A stretch of 63,691 nucleotides of DNA, filler included, from Lenisia limosa (taxonomy: Eukaryota > Protista > Breviatea), in NCBI GenBank assembly GCA_001655205.1. It is 13 parts of 13 records of this genome, joined end to end, with 100 filler letters (N's around TTAATTAATTAA, not from the genome) between each part and the next. Parts side by side here need not be neighbours in the genome. Positions count along the whole stretch, not along the records: positions 38,862 to 51,618 come from LPNZ01010550.1; positions 51,719 to 53,198 come from LPNZ01010469.1; positions 53,299 to 55,855 come from LPNZ01009505.1; positions 55,956 to 58,176 come from LPNZ01008261.1; positions 58,277 to 63,691 come from LPNZ01008975.1; 8 more parts are not named here. One strand, given 5' to 3'. Each line of letters opens with the position of its first letter. The first letter of the stretch is position 1. The notes below the pieces were generated by a model. It had not been told where the DNA came from, made no database searches, and saw nothing but the letters and a program-made list of their open reading frames with translations. Shown one piece after another: positions 50,401-62,500 of this stretch. Made by a program: the position numbers and the translations under genes.

Positions 50401-51619
50401 TGTTAACCGACAATTTCAGAATCAAAAGGCTTATTCTCTTCAGTTTCAGAAGGCTTCGTTTCCTCAGAATCGACAGGTTTGTTTTCTTCGGTGTTAACAG
50501 GCTTGTTTTCTTTGTCCATAATATCGGGAGTGGCCGAGACAAGATTCTCTGGTTTGGCAACAGTAGAGGGTTGAGGTGCTTCGACATTCTATATAATAAA
50601 AATCGAGTTCACTGTGTCCATTCAGAAGAAAAGGTTATTCAATAGTACTAAAATTGTTCCCACCTTCTCATGGTTGATAGCCTGCTGTCTTTGGAGTGAA
50701 GCCAGTTGGGCGTTCAATTCAGTTGACGATCCTATTGATGGTGAGAAGTGATTATCAAAGTTGTTAGAGGAGTCAAAAGGAGCTGTGCATACCATAAAGA
50801 GTGCTTTGAGGGACAGGAGTCATCTTCATAGCAGCAGGATTCAGCTACAAGAGGATGAATATTGCAAAAGTAAGAAAGCCCAAAAATGTAAAAGTGTCGA
50901 ACCTGGTGAGGGATTGGAGAGGTCGTGGACTGGTCTTGTTCACTTTTCAACTCCACAAGTCGATGCTCAACCTGGAAGGTGAGCCGAGAACCAAGAATGG
51001 ATTGTACTGACGACAAAACCCGAATTCAGCGAACCTTAATTGGGGATGGGGCGGAGGGAGAGGGGGCAGTGTAGGTTTTGAACGCGTCCGACATTTTGAT
51101 AGCTGTTTCTGCCACTCGCAAACTGGCAAAGGATAAAAAAAGAAAAGAAAACGGAATGGAGAGGGATTGTTAAAGGCATAAGTGGGAGCTTACCTTGTAA
51201 TGTAAGAAGATATTGAGAAGAGGATTTCTCTCTGAACTCCGAACCCAAGAGAACTCCAGTTTTGCATGTCCTGAAAATAATAAGAACCGTTTGAAGGTCC
51301 AAAAACACACTCCCCCCCTCCCCACGTGGTCTTCAACCGGGTCAGCGTGCTCCTGTCTATTGACCTTGGCACAGGCTTCAGAACACACAACATGGTAAAC
51401 AGCCTTCTGTTCGATAACCACCTACAGCATAAGTCGAGTTAACTGACAAAATGTCAAACCTGGTGGGGGGAGCAGACGGCTGGTTTCCATCCTTCAACTT
51501 CACAGTCCTATCAACGTTAGAGCTCAGGTCCTGAAGTGAAATAATATACCCATTCTCTCAACCCACTTCGCAAAAACAAGTAGAGCAACTGACACATCTG
51601 AAGAGCATTCCGCCACAGN
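44101..51619 (-). CDS. Large protein: PHD-like zinc finger end, S/P-rich linker, long coiled coil, acidic tail (5' truncated; may be more than one gene)
   Basis: CGGMLFRCVSCST and AVYHVVCSEAC resemble the Cys-rich C-terminus of some ISWI-like SNF2 proteins. About 20 K/E/R-rich exons follow (e.g. LEIDRREAMRVEALMRRDEQETLR|KHVAYDIRRQKQ), with a poly-E exon near 44400. Confidence 0.6.
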
Positions 51620-51719
51620 NNNNNNNNNNNNNNNNNNNNNNNNNNNNNNNNNNNNNNNNNNNTTAATTAATTAANNNNNNNNNNNNNNNNNNNNNNNNNN
51701 NNNNNNNNNNNNNNNNNNG

Positions 51720-52950
51720 GTGGTATGGTACAGTGTTGGATCAGGCGTTCCTCCTGTATTACTCAAATACTACAACAGATTAGAAAACATAGAGCACCCT
51801 CACCCAAGCAAAGAAACACTCACCAAATTCTTAGAACTGCATTTGTTGCTCGAACTTTCCGCGGTTACCATCTGGCCTCCCTTCTGCTCTTGACAAGGTT
51901 GACCGAAGAGTTGATACCGGATACTCTGGCTGATTCCTGCCACATTAGAACGGTAAAAGTATTAAAGAGATTCATTTCAGCTTCAAAAAGATGGTACAGT
52001 GTCATCGTTTTGAGGAATATCAAAGTCTTGAAGCAACATTGATTCCATTAATAAAGGATTAACTGAGAATTCACAGAAACTTCAAAAACTGTTATTCAGA
52101 ACTGCGGTGTTAAAAACATCATTACTAGATCTTTACTGGTTTTTCAAAGGGCAATACGATTATGTTGGTCAAGACTTACAAGGTANNNNNNNNNNNNNNN
52201 NNNNNNNNNNNNNNNNNNNNNNNNNNNNNNNNNNNNNNNNNNNNNNNNNNNNNNNNNNNNNNNNNNNNNNNNNNNNNNNNNNNNNNNNNNNNNNNNNNNT
52301 TATCGACAAATTCGGTCTTTTTTCGGACCGAAGGGTAGCTCTAGGCGTCCCTACCACCTACCATTAGCGGTGAGTCTATGCGACACGACATCTTGGACTG
52401 AAGGATGTGTAACAACTTCGTTAGCATTTTGAGGCGACGGCTCATTCGATATCGCCTCCGTTTTGGATGATGGGAGGGGCTTGAAGCTGGTAGGGGCGTC
52501 GTTTTGGGGCTTTTCCTGGGTAATTCCGGGGGGATTTGACAGGGGTTCGGAGGTGACAATCTTCTTCGAGAGAGCAGAAGAACTAGGGGAGGAAAGGGGG
52601 GGGGGGGGNNNNNNNNNNNNNNNNNNNNNNNNNNNNNNNNNNNNNNNNNNNNNNNNNNNNNNNNNNNNNNNNNNNNNNNNNNNNNNNNNNNNNNNNNNNN
52701 NNNNNNNNNNNNNNNNNNNNNNNNNNNNNNNNNNNNNCCCCCAAAAAAAAACAAAAAAAAAAACAAGCATTAACAAACACTAGCAACCCACGCTAAAACT
52801 AGACAAAAACCAGATGACAAGAACACAAAACGTAGCCCCAAAATCAAATCTATTTGGCTTGAACAAATTCACCCTAAATCCAGGATAGCCCTACCTTTTG
52901 TCCTCAGACGGAGGCGATTTCAGGGGGGTAACTTGGTCTTTTTTCTTCCT
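51720..52950 (-). CDS. S/P-rich exons of an unidentified gene
   Basis: Exon 52585-52364 (ALSKKIVTSEPLSNPPGITQEKPQNDAPTS...) with AG/GT flanks, and short exons nearby. Confidence 0.4.
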
Positions 52951-53493
52951 TCTGCGAGGGTGAAGAGATAAATAATCATGGATGAGAAATAGGTTATCAG
53001 ACCAGAGTGAAGAAATAAAAGCCATCGTAGAAAGTCCTGACCAATTTTGTCCAATTTCTTTAAAAATTGGTCAAGCCTTACTACTAATGTAATAGGTGTC
53101 TATATATGTATATTTTCTTGTTCTTTTTGGAAAAATTACTAACCCAAAGCTCAGAAGTGGCGGTGAGCTATCTCGGCTAGTTGCTAACTGCCCGCGTANN
53201 NNNNNNNNNNNNNNNNNNNNNNNNNNNNNNNNNNNNNNNNNNTTAATTAATTAANNNNNNNNNNNNNNNNNNNNNNNNNNNNNNNNNNNNNNNNNNNNAA
53301 AAATCAATCCAAGCTTCGGGGAGATAGGGAGCTGGATACGAGTACGAACATTTCACTATCTACTAAGTGTAAAAGATAATAAAAATGATCACATGGAGCA
53401 CAGGAATGAGGAATAAGAAAAAAAACTTAACCAGTAAAAATATTCAAAATCACATAAAGAAAAGAGAATTTTTTTTTTTTTCGATCACACTCT

Positions 53494-54180
53494 GAGCAGG
53501 AACTACGCTGTTTTGTTCATGTACAAGGTTTTCGGGCAATTGAGTTAACGAAAGGAGTGGCAAGAGACCATGTCAATGGTATTCATTTGGAACTACTAGA
53601 GGACGATATTGAAAGTGATAAGTTCATTGAGGCCGCTGAATGTTCTTTAAGTTAGATTATTAATATTTTCATATGGACTCAAAAGACCCAGCGCAAACTA
53701 TGTATGTCCCGTATGAAGAAGGTGTTACCGATCGTATCAAATCTCTCGTATTCACCTTGGATCCGACCGCAAAATTCAGTTCGGTGTCTCTGAAAGGTGA
53801 TTATTTAGACATAATAACAGCTTTAGAAATTCTCCTATTTGTCAAGTGATGGTAGGTGCCGCTATTCATTATTTTTTTTTATTTACATACAGTCACGGAC
53901 AAAATAAATGCATAGGTCCATTTTTACCCCCAATTTGTTTGACATTTTTTGATTTCGCGTCTTTGTTTTTTGATTATTGCAGTTACCAACCGGCGTTAAA
54001 TTTGAATCTTTGCTGTGAAATGAGAAGAATCAGAAATTCCATTTCAAAACGTTCATCTTTTGTTGTTATTTTTCAGTTTGTTTCCGTTGCTTCGAGCCTC
54101 AGAAGAGCAGCAACATTTTATCGGTCATCTCACTTGAATGAAGAATTGCATGTACTACGCAATCTGAACAATTGACAAGT
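53494..54180 (+). CDS. Short-intron hypothetical gene fragments (possibly TE-derived)
   Basis: ELRCFVHVQGFRAIELTKGVARDHVN; PAQTMYVPYEEGVTDRIKSLVFTLDPTAKFSSVSLK with GT/AG flanks. Confidence 0.35.
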
Positions 54181-54625
54181 GGGAGGGGGTGAGCTGAATG
54201 AAATCAGCGGTACAACGTATAATTATGGGAATAATACCTCTTTGCAATTTAAAACTCACATAATTTCTCCAAAGAGGAGCTCATCGCTTTGAATTGGGGC
54301 CACTTTAGATTTGAGGATCCAGCCAATTTAATATAAAAAAAAAAGTCAAACTCATGCTTTCATATTCTTATTTATTAAATAAACAAAGTGGGGGGGGGGG
54401 GGNNNNNNNNNNNNNNNNNNNNNNNNNNNNNNNNNNNNNNNNNNNNNNNNNNNNNNNNNNNNNNNNNNNNNNNNNNNGCCTAACAATTCCCATTACACAG
54501 TCTGGATCCTGTTGGCTTTGAACCTCTAAACCTCTAAAATCAAAGATAAATATCCGATTATTATAGGGGCCCTGGTTTTGGAAATTGGAATCTAGAAATA
54601 GAAAATCACAAACCAAGAGTACCGT

Positions 54626-55051
54626 TTATAAAAAGAAAGGCAAAAAGTTGAATGAAACATGCTCATTGTAAATATACACCCAACTCCGTACTTTGAGCTG
54701 TTTCTTCGTCTTCGGCTCGGAAGCTTCGGCTGGTAATTCATCGGAAGCCTTAGGTTCTAACTTCTTCTTCCGCCGTTTCCTGCCGGGGCTTCCCGGGCCC
54801 ATGATGTCACGTGTACCCTCGTTTCCTCTCTTGGCGTTTACGTAGATTTGTACCTCGCGTATGGCAGCCCTAATCTGGAACAGTGAGGGATCTTGACCAA
54901 ATAATAGGCCCAATTTTGAATTAACATCACCCAATACACCCCTTGACAGGTTATGATAATCGTGTGGAAAAATTAAATAATACTTCCACAACCTCATATT
55001 AATCCCATCCGCATCCAAAATCAAAAATAGATTCAAAGCTCCGCACATCAT
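54626..55051 (-). CDS. ORF/exon of unknown function next to an inverted-repeat element
   Basis: DADGINMRLWKYYLIFPHDYHNLSRGVLGDVNSKLGLLFGQDPSLFQIRAAIREVQIYVNAKRGNE followed by an NLS-like GRKRRKKK. Confidence 0.4.
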   Translation of the reverse strand: MMCGALNLFLILDADGINMRLWKYYLIFPHDYHNLSRGVLGDVNSKLGLLFGQDPSLFQIRAAIREVQIYVNAKRGNEGTRDIMGPGSPGRKRRKKKLEPKASDELPAEASEPKTKKQLKVRSWVYIYNEHVSFNFLPFFL

Positions 55052-55627
55052 TCAAAATCTCCGGACACATCAAAACTCCCGGACAGCTTGAATTTTCCCT
55101 ATAAAAGTACTATAAACTTCATTTTCATGTTATTTTCGAAAGTAATTTCAGTAATAATCACAGGGTAGAATGCGATTTTTACATGGCTCAAACCCAAATT
55201 AAGTCACTTGACTACCCGTTTGCGGCCCTTTAACTGAACCGTTATAATCGGCCACATTCAAGGAATAAATGGCAACTATCAGGTAAAGTTTGACCTTGTA
55301 GAAAGCACTAATTTGAACATTTTTCTCAAAATTCACCATTACGTACAAATGTTTGTTTCTCAACACTAAAAGAGGGATAGATTTAAAAAAATCCCTTGAA
55401 AAGGCAAAAGGGTCCACCATCGGGAGACCAAATTCACGGATTTTTGAAACTTGCTAAAAATTGAAGAAAAAAAAAAGTTGGGGAATATTAAGAGGTCATT
55501 TTCTCTTCATATCTGTCGAACCAGTTTTGAATTAAACACTACCGTTGAACCATACAAGGGGTCAACTTCAAGCTGTCCGGGAGTTTTGATGTGTCCGGTG
55601 AATTTTGAATGCTGTCCGGAGCTTTGA
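55033..55627. mobile_element. Inverted-repeat-bounded ~600-bp element
   Basis: Perfect 32-bp inverted repeat 55061-55092 / 55567-55598, extending imperfectly to ~60 bp. No clear TSD. Confidence 0.55.
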
Positions 55628-56306
55628 GGGCTCCACATGTATATAGATCAGTAAATAAAAAGGGGCCCAGTGCAAAAAAGGGGATCAGTTTTTTTAAAAT
55701 GCTCATAAATGCACTTTTTCTGATCATTAGTTCTCCAAAACTAATTAGTAGAAAGTTAGAAATGCAATTTTTTTTTATTCTTTTTGAGTTTCGAAAGTTT
55801 TGAAAAGTCCAGTTTGTCCAGTTCACTCCCCATTTTGTGAGATTTTTTTTTTTTTNNNNNNNNNNNNNNNNNNNNNNNNNNNNNNNNNNNNNNNNNNNNT
55901 TAATTAATTAANNNNNNNNNNNNNNNNNNNNNNNNNNNNNNNNNNNNNNNNNNNNGGGTACAGCTATACCTTGTTTAGGGAGGGGTGTGGGGGTACAGTT
56001 TATTCGGTTCATGATTAGTTCCTTTATGCCATATTCTTCATCGAAATTTCCTTCTGTTTTCCCCTAACAAGGTCGATTCTTGGTTTTTTGTTTAATAAAT
56101 TTTCCATTTTATCGTTTTTGTTTTTAGCTTTTGTTGCTCGTGTTTGTTATTGTTTGTTTTTTATGTTTGTTTGGAGTTTCAGATTATTCGGTTCGTGATT
56201 AGTACCTTTGCGCCAATATTCTTCATCGAACTTACCCCCCCCCCNNNNNNNNNNGTTGATTTAAATTTTGGGCCACAATCTCACATTCCATTTATCCCCT
56301 CCCCAG

Positions 56307-58010
56307 GATATTGTGGAAAGCTCCCAAGCACTCAGCCGTCTTATGTCCGATGTTCAAGCACTGGAGAAAGTGGTGCATGATGGTGGGGGTCCAAAATAAT
56401 TTCTTCCAAACAACAATATTTCGCCCAACCCTCGTGTGTTTTCGGCTTTTTTTTTGTTTCATCAATTTTCCCATTTTACTCCCCCCCCCCTCCTCCTTCT
56501 GGATTTCCATTTTCTAGGGCTTCACTTTNNNNNNNNNNNNNNNNNNNNNNNNNNNNNNNNNNNNNNNCACACTACTCATTGGTTCTTCACTTCGGTTCGA
56601 AAAAAGACTGAAATTCTCGATAAATCCCCGAAAACTATCGATATTTGTCAGGTCTTTTTCAAACCGAAGTGAAGCCCCAGTCGTCATCCGTCATCCTCAA
56701 TAAATATCCGCTATTTCACTTTTATACTGTATCTTTATCCCCACAGGAGACTGGGTGCAAGTGGCTTCCTTGAGTAGTGTAGCACTGGCCAAAGTGGCCG
56801 ACTTGAACAGGTTGGGAATTACTTGGGCATGTAGAAAGCTGTGTGCACAGAGTTGTAAGGCAAATGATTGGGTGAATTAATATTACACTATAATCCAATA
56901 TCTCTTATAAGCGTGATGTGGACTGCTTCGGCCAGATACATCCTTATTTTTTATTTCTTATTGATATATCATATACTATACTATATAATATATGATATTG
57001 TTAACTTGCCCACATCCATTAGAGTTCACCCCCTGGGCTTCGCCTCGGTTTCGAACCGATGAGCCCTAATCAGAGTACAATCGTCTTATGACAATTTTTA
57101 AAACTGTTTTAAAAGAGCAGGTTCAAGGCGTGTCAAGCGCTCCAGTCGTCTTTAAAAGTGGGTGATGATTAGCATTATTGATATTTGATGTTGATGTGGG
57201 GATTGTGGGGATGATGATGGTGATGATTGGTTGGTGATGATGGTGTTAATGATGATGATGATGAAGGATGGTAGTAAAGACGATAAGCCTAACCAATCAG
57301 GAACGTCTTAAAACGGCCTCGAATCACCTAGAGAAAAAGCTAGTAGCAGCTCAGTACCAAGGCGACGTCTCTCTTTTTGCAATGCTTGTGGATATGTATG
57401 GGGGGGGGGGNNNNNNNNNNNNNNNNNNNNNNNNNNNNNNNNNNNNNNNNNNNNNNNNNNNNNNNNNNNNNNNNNNNNNNNNNNNNNNNNNNNNNNNNNN
57501 NNNNNNNNNNNNNNNNNNNNNACTCTTGTTGATATGTAGGGGAGGAGAGTGGAAAATGGTAGTAATCGGATAATTGATGTTTGTGCATTGTTTGGGGGTC
57601 AGTGTTTCTTTTGAGGATCGACTGGAGCTTTTCAAGGATCTTCTCAAGGGTGTTTTAAAAGTTGCTGGGTTCCTCCTGTCTTCCCCCCTCCCGAGTGATG
57701 GGGTGCGGTGATGCAGAAGCGACGGGCCTNNNNNNNNNNNNNNNNNNNNNNNNNNNNNNNNNNNNNNNNNNNNNNNNNNNNNNNNNNNNNNNNNNNNNNN
57801 NNNNNNNNNNNNNNNNNNNNNNNNNNNNNNNNNNNNNNNNNNNNNNNNNNNNNNNNNNNNNNNNNNNNNNNNNNNNNNNNNNNNNNNNNNNNNNNNNNNN
57901 NNNNNNNNNNNNNNNNNNNNNNNNNNNNNNNNNNNNNNNNNNNNNNNNNNNNNNNNNNNNNNNNNNNNNNCGCAGTTGTCCAAAGCCGTCGGCTCCGTAG
58001 GGCCTTGTCC
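56307..58010 (+). CDS. Multi-exon hypothetical helical protein, partial
   Basis: DIVESSQALSRLMSDVQALEK; ERLKTASNHLEKKLVAAQYQGDVSLFAMLVD; VSFEDRLELFKDLLKGVLKVA with GT/AG flanks. Confidence 0.55.
56581..56677. mobile_element. MITE family A
   Basis: As above. Partial copies also at 1-89, 4911-4982, 17545-17610, 28342-28400, 29136-29228, 36517-36580, 52300-52341 and 57035-57066. Confidence 0.8.
56837..56968 (+). mobile_element. Intronic repeat family B, full copy
   Basis: AGCTGTGTGCACAGAGTTGTAAGGCAAATGATTGGGTGAATTAATATT...ATCTCTTATAAGCGTGATGTGGACTGCTTCGGCCAGATACATCCTTATTTTTTATTTCTTATTGATATA. Confidence 0.85.
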
Positions 58011-58374
58011 CATGGTTGGGTGTGGTTGTGATTGGGAACGAGTATGCTGGGCTGTACACTTGTGTTTAAGGATTAAGGAATACATAATAAGTAGAGTTAA
58101 GGGCTAGACTCCTTAGGGATTAGGCGTCTAGGTTAGTTTGGAACCCAATGAGTAAGGGCAGGTTCATATACAATATNNNNNNNNNNNNNNNNNNNNNNNN
58201 NNNNNNNNNNNNNNNNNNNNTTAATTAATTAANNNNNNNNNNNNNNNNNNNNNNNNNNNNNNNNNNNNNNNNNNNNGTTGATGACAAGAGGGGTGGGGGT
58301 ATCAGTCAAATGAATACGACAAAATCAAGCGATTTGCTCTCAACAACATCCCCCATTATTAACTCTCCCCATAC

Positions 58375-58941
58375 GGTCCTCCTCAGCGGCCTCTTTCTTC
58401 GGCTCAGCGGCCGGCGGCGGAACTACAGTCTGCACAGGTTAACCAAGGTAATGCTGGTGAAAAGGGAATATTTATGTCTTGTCAAAACTGGTACTACTTA
58501 ACAAGTACCCGCTGCTCTGTATGCCTCAACAAGCAGCCCAAAGAACATCTTTTTTGGAAACAGAAAAAAATCAATGCCAACCTGAGGGGGTGCAGCGACA
58601 GGGGTTGGGACGACAGGAGTGTCAGGAAGGTTCGAGGTGAGCTGTGGGGCTGCGGGAAAGCTGGCTGGAGGTACAAAGGACGCCAACTGCTTGGTCAATT
58701 TGTCAAAACTAACCAACAGAAAGTGATAAGTGTGGAAGCCCTGAAATGTTTCCTACAGCCCGCTCACATCATCAAGACCAGGGATCACCTCAGCTTCAAT
58801 CTGCTGTGGTGCTGCCTCGGGCTCGACGGAGAGCTCGTCAAGAAGGTCATCTAATGCTGAAGCCAAGTTTTCTTCAGCAACAGGGGCTGGGGGTGCGATA
58901 GAGTCCTCAAGGTCGCCAAGAAGAGCGTCGAGATCGTCCAT
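58375..58941 (-). CDS. Paxillin-like protein N-terminus (LD motifs), 3' truncated by gap
   Basis: MDDLDALLGDLED (LD1), ALDDLLDEL, FDKLTKQLASF, then proline-rich exons. LIM domains not visible. Confidence 0.75.
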
Positions 58942-59599
58942 GTTTTCACTTGTCGCTAAACGCAAAACCCTGCTACTTTTAGTTTATAAAACTAAAAACT
59001 GTTTTCAGAAAGCGCTAAAGGTGCATGAAAGGGCTGTTTTTTTGCAAGTTTTTTTGAACAATGAAAAGAAACACAAGCATGGGGTATGTATAATTCTTCT
59101 GGAAAATTATCGAGCCATTTGCGCCATGTTCAAATCATTTTTGTAACGGTTGTCTTGTGTGTTATTATTTTTGTGTCTATTGCTGGTTTAATTTGGGTGT
59201 AATAATGTTGTCATAATGGGTACATTTACTGGTTTGATATGTTGATATGTAATGTGCAATTGATATGCGCTTGATAAATGTCAATTTTCACATCATCATA
59301 GCTATCTGTCCTTGGGTTAAAAATATAAACAAGTTTATCGAGAGAGTAAATTGGCACATTACCGCCCCACCCCCCCCCCCTGAACATCTGAACATCCCCA
59401 NNNNNNNNNNNNNNNNNNNNNNNNNNNNNNNNNNNNNNNNNNNNNNNNNNNNNNNNNNNNNNNNNNNNNNNNNNNNNNNNNNNNNNNNNNNNNNNNNNNN
59501 NNNNNNNNNNNNNNNNNNNNNNNNNNNNNNNNNNNNNNNNNNNNNNNNNNNNNNNNNNNNNNNNNNNNNNNNNNNNATCAAACTTCAAACCCTCCCACT

Positions 59600-62500
59600 A
59601 TTTAAGAAGCCCTGAGAAGGTTGGTGCACCCCGGCCGCGGCCTCTTCATGGTGCTCCAGATCGCCGTCAAAGTGGTGTGTCCCCTGGGATATCTGGGTGG
59701 GGGGTAAAATTGGATAATTTATGAAACAAAAAAAGCCAAATCAACTTTGTTGGCTGACAACACACAAGGGTTGATAACAACAAAACAAAGCCCGGGCCAG
59801 TCGCTTTCCCATTACTCCAGCGTGGTAAAGTGCCCACTCCTCACCAGCCCAAAACATTCTGCTGGGACATAATGTCACGTAACATCACTGACACTCTCTT
59901 ACATTTTCAACCCTCTCAACAATTTGGGGCAGAATGCTGCGGTAGTGACTCCTTACGAGGTCCTGAAAATATGAGAAGAGCTCTTAATGGAACTTCTATC
60001 ATACTTAAATGATGGAACAAGATTGCTGTTTGTTTCTATCATACGTCAACGAATCCCCCCACTCTGGTGCCTGTAAGAGGGCTCTGCATATAACTCGTAA
60101 TGGTTTGCAGGGAGAACAGCGTGGCACTTTCGTTGTACAGAGTGGACTGGTGATGGCCTAAGGCAGGGGGTAAGGGACTATATCATGGTAGCATCAAAAA
60201 GAGATTTGCGCTGAATACTGGTGGGGTGTGTGAAGAAAAAAACGAAAATAGTCCACAAGCCAAGAGAAACCTAGCCTCACAAGCCAAGAGAAAGTGGTCT
60301 TTTCAGGGCTGTATAGGGAGGAGGAGCGTTAACCACTCTCCACCGTCATGATACTCAGCCTCACAAGCAAAGAGAAACTCAGCCTCACCTATCACCGAAC
60401 CGACATGGTTCATGTACCCAGCCTCATTGAAAAAAGGTCTGGAGTTCAGCACCAACCCTGCAGATGTCAAAAAAGACACATTTCACCCTGTGGATGTTAG
60501 ACTAGCTGAAATCGGTATTGTTGGAGCATGGAAATATGATTATGTAGTGAACAACTGATACTCTGTGCACATAGTTGTCAGTATAATCAAGAATGTTTGC
60601 TGAGCAGACGGCTGACCTTGAATGGACAGGATTACTTGCAGTAGTGTCGACTGTCCGCTCTTCCACGACTCAGTGGCATCACCTATTGCGTTAATGCGGT
60701 TCTGACGGTCACTGGGCCTTCCCTCCCTTCATCCGAGGATAATACCAAAGTAGAATGCGCAAATACCCCCACCGTTCCAAGTTCCGAGAAGAGAGAGGCA
60801 CACGGTGCCGTCAACGTAGAGGTTCGGGTTCAGCTTGGAGGATCGCGAGTGGTAGAACACCTATACAGTGAGCGATATACCGAAATGGAAGAGTTTGTTG
60901 CTCCTTCGTTCATCTAAACTTGCTTGATTATCACACATATGGGTGAGTGCTGGGTACCCAAGTACCCCAGTTGGAGCATTTGAGACATTAGGGTTGCAAA
61001 TAACAAAACAAAGCCCAGGCCCGTTAGTCCTTATCCCATGTACCTCTGGCGGTGAGTCGGGGTAGTTGGGGGGGAAGAACACGTCAAAAAAGAAGAGAAC
61101 GAAGGCGTACGGCGTTCCTATTGGCTGTGAGGGGGGACAGGAAGAAAGGATTCGATGATGTAATTGATAATATTGAAAAAATATAAAGGGAAAAGAAATG
61201 TGTCATAAAAGCCACCCCCAACCAGAGGACCCGCAGAGACAGAAACGAAGATTTTGTACACTCGAGGGGTCTACAGCGTGAGAAATAATTGAACACAGCC
61301 AAGATCCGTTGAGACCTTCTTCAAGAGACCCACCGAGCCACATCCAGACCCCGTTGAGACCCGGCTGCCGCGCTACCTCTTGTACATGGGCCATGATAGA
61401 CCCGATCAGCGATGGAAACGGGGTCTGGGGGGATGTGATTATAGTGCATTTAGGTGTAACTGACAGTAAGATGTGCCTCCTCCCCACCTGGCGTTTATCG
61501 ACAAAGTGGTGATCGTACATTCTAGCTTCCTGAAGGATGGGGTATTCTGTGTTAGTTAGGAAAAAGTTATAAGCAATAGGCACATGTAGATATCCATATA
61601 ATACTAGTATTATTGTATATGATATGATTGATTATTACATAATATATCACTAAACTAGTATTTTAGGGTTAGATGATATAGTACTATGTACTATATGATA
61701 TACTATCAAATATTATTTTGCATCACTTACACATATGTATGTCATCACTACTATGGAACCCTACGAACCGGAGGCGCTCAGGAGGGTGGGTGGTGAGACC
61801 GTTGATGGTGGAACTGAAGTGTCATTCACCATGTCCCAAAGGTGCTCCGTCTATATTGTTCTTCTTCAGGTGCCCTCCCCCCCACCTCTGTTGCCATCAG
61901 TGGAGCGTCTTAAGCTGTCGTCCTCTAAATGGTAAGGAGGAGGGAGGCGTAAAATGCAAATGAGTCGATCACTGCACCGCCAATCAGGGGGAAGAAATAC
62001 AAAACAACAAAGAGGTGACACAGGTATATGATGGCGTAATTCTGTTTCATATCGATATGTATTGTACCTATTTAACGTATTGTTCTGCATAAAAAAAGAC
62101 GAAGTTTGACCAGCGCTGATTCCTCTTAATAACAAAAACTGCCCCTCCCCCCACGTCTGACATTGAGAGTACTTTGGGCATTGACAGAAGTTTCCACCTC
62201 GCTACGCAGTGTGAGAACATAACTCTGCCAAAGCCCAGTATTGCTTGTGATCAAGACAAATCTACAATAAAATACGACGACTCAATTCCACTGTTAAAAC
62301 TGCCAACCCCATCATATGATTATGATATAATTACTATCTAAGTAATTTATGATATATATTATATGATATAGCTATATGATATCATATATTATGCATATCA
62401 TGATATATTAAACAAAAGACCTACTTTTCCTCCACGTCGTCTTGCTCAGCATCCCAATCCTCCTCAGAAGCTTCGTCATATTCATCATCGTCGTCAACCT

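Noticed and set aside
56837-56940. Family B contains ACAGAG, GCAAAT and GCTTCGGC, all motifs found in U6 snRNA
   Set aside because: Matches are 6-8 nt, in the wrong order relative to U6, and not conserved across copies.
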